From Malacoraja senta (Eukaryota): a stretch of DNA of 64,000 nucleotides. This document shows, one piece after another, positions 63,041 through 64,000 of this stretch (position 1 is the first letter of the stretch; each line of letters begins with the position of its first letter). Both the position numbers and the translations under genes were made by a program. The DNA lies in the NCBI GenBank assembly GCA_038087875.1, contig CM075988.1:9488001-9552000 (forward strand), written 5' to 3'. A model generated the notes under the pieces. The model was not told the DNA's origin. It was given only the letters and a program-made list of their open reading frames with translations, and ran no database searches.

Positions 63041-63830
63041 AGAATGGAAAAAAACAGAAAGGAAAATATAAAATAAAAGGTAAGGGATAAAGAAAGGAAC
63101 ACAGGATAGAAGGAAAGAGAAAAATGAAGGAAAGAAAGAAAGAGAAAATAAGGGAAGGAAGGAAGGAAATAAGGAATAGAGAAAAGAAGAAACAAAAGAA
63201 AGATAAGAGAAAAAGAAAGGAAGGAAGGAAATAAGGAATAGAGAAAAGAAGAAATAAAAGAAAGAGAAAAAGAAAAGAAATAAGGAAAAGAGAAAAGAAG
63301 AAATAAAAGAAAGATAAGAGAAAAAGAAAGGGAGGTGGGAAAGAGGGAAAGAGGGAAAGAGGGAAAGAGGGAAAGAGGGAAAGAGGGAAAGAGGGAAAGA
63401 GGAAAGAGGGAAAGAGGGAAAGAGGGAAAGAGGGAAAGAGGGAAAGAGGGAAAGAGGGAAAGAGGGAAAGAGGGAAAGAGGGAAAGAGGGAAAGAGGGAA
63501 AGAGGGAAAGAGGGAAAGAGGGAAAGAGGGAAAGAAAGAGGGAAGGAAGAAGGGAAGGAAAGAAGGAGGGAAGGAAAGAAGGAGGGAAGGAAAGAAGGAG
63601 GGAAGGAAAGAAGGGGGAAGGAAAGAAGGAGGGAAGGAAAGAAGGAGGGAAGGAAAGAGGGAAGGAGGGAAGGAAGGAAGGAAGGAAGGTAGGAAGGAAA
63701 GAAAGAAGGAAAGAAGGAAGAGAGAGAAAAAGAAAGAGTGAAAGAAAGAGTGAAAGAAAGAGTGAAAGAGTGAAAGAGTGAAAGGATGAAAAGAAGAAAA
63801 AGAAGAAAGGAAGGAAGGAGACTAAGAGAG
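63041..63830 (+). repeat. Purine-rich compound microsatellite including (GAGGGAAA)n
   Basis: Direct reading; ~790 bp with very few pyrimidines. Confidence 0.95.
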
Positions 63831-64000
63831 GGGATGAAGCCAGGATGGATTAAATGAATTGATTAATTACATTTAATGGCATCGGAATGACCAATCCACC
63901 ACATATAATGAGGAACCAAAAATATAAAATAGATAAGTTCATGACGGAGTTGGTCTCAGAGCCTGTGTCCTAATATGGACAGAGTTTTCCTCTGATGGAT

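Noticed and set aside
63335..63781. 148-aa Lys/Glu/Arg/Gly-rich ORF
   Set aside because: Translation of a purine microsatellite

Overview
Repeat-dominated, gene-poor eukaryotic DNA, most likely from an elasmobranch (skate/ray-like). This is inferred from abundant HE1-type V-domain SINEs, HER1/CR1-type LINEs and a Deu-domain SINE remnant. No intact protein-coding gene is evident; nearly all listed ORFs are transposon remnants or microsatellite artefacts. Main structures: (1) two DIRS1-type tyrosine-recombinase retrotransposons (6145-10965, 28821-33514) with intact ATT termini and an internal complementary region; they share inactivating lesions but have unrelated 5' halves; (2) a ~3.55 kb non-autonomous Helitron (23165-26719, minus strand) filled with satellite arrays; (3) ~20-25 short, often TSD-flanked and palindromic retroelements carrying a minimal hammerhead-ribozyme-like core, probably Penelope-derived; (4) four related PIF/Harbinger-like MITEs; (5) an L1 ORF2 fragment lacking both ends yet flanked by a perfect 17-bp TSD; (6) many CR1, Rex1/Babar, Tx1 and SINE fragments, frequently nested; (7) a 200-N assembly gap; (8) low-confidence minus-strand exon candidates near 51.7-56.3 kb. 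Family names come from my recognition of motifs, not from database searches. Boundaries of old repeats are approximate.
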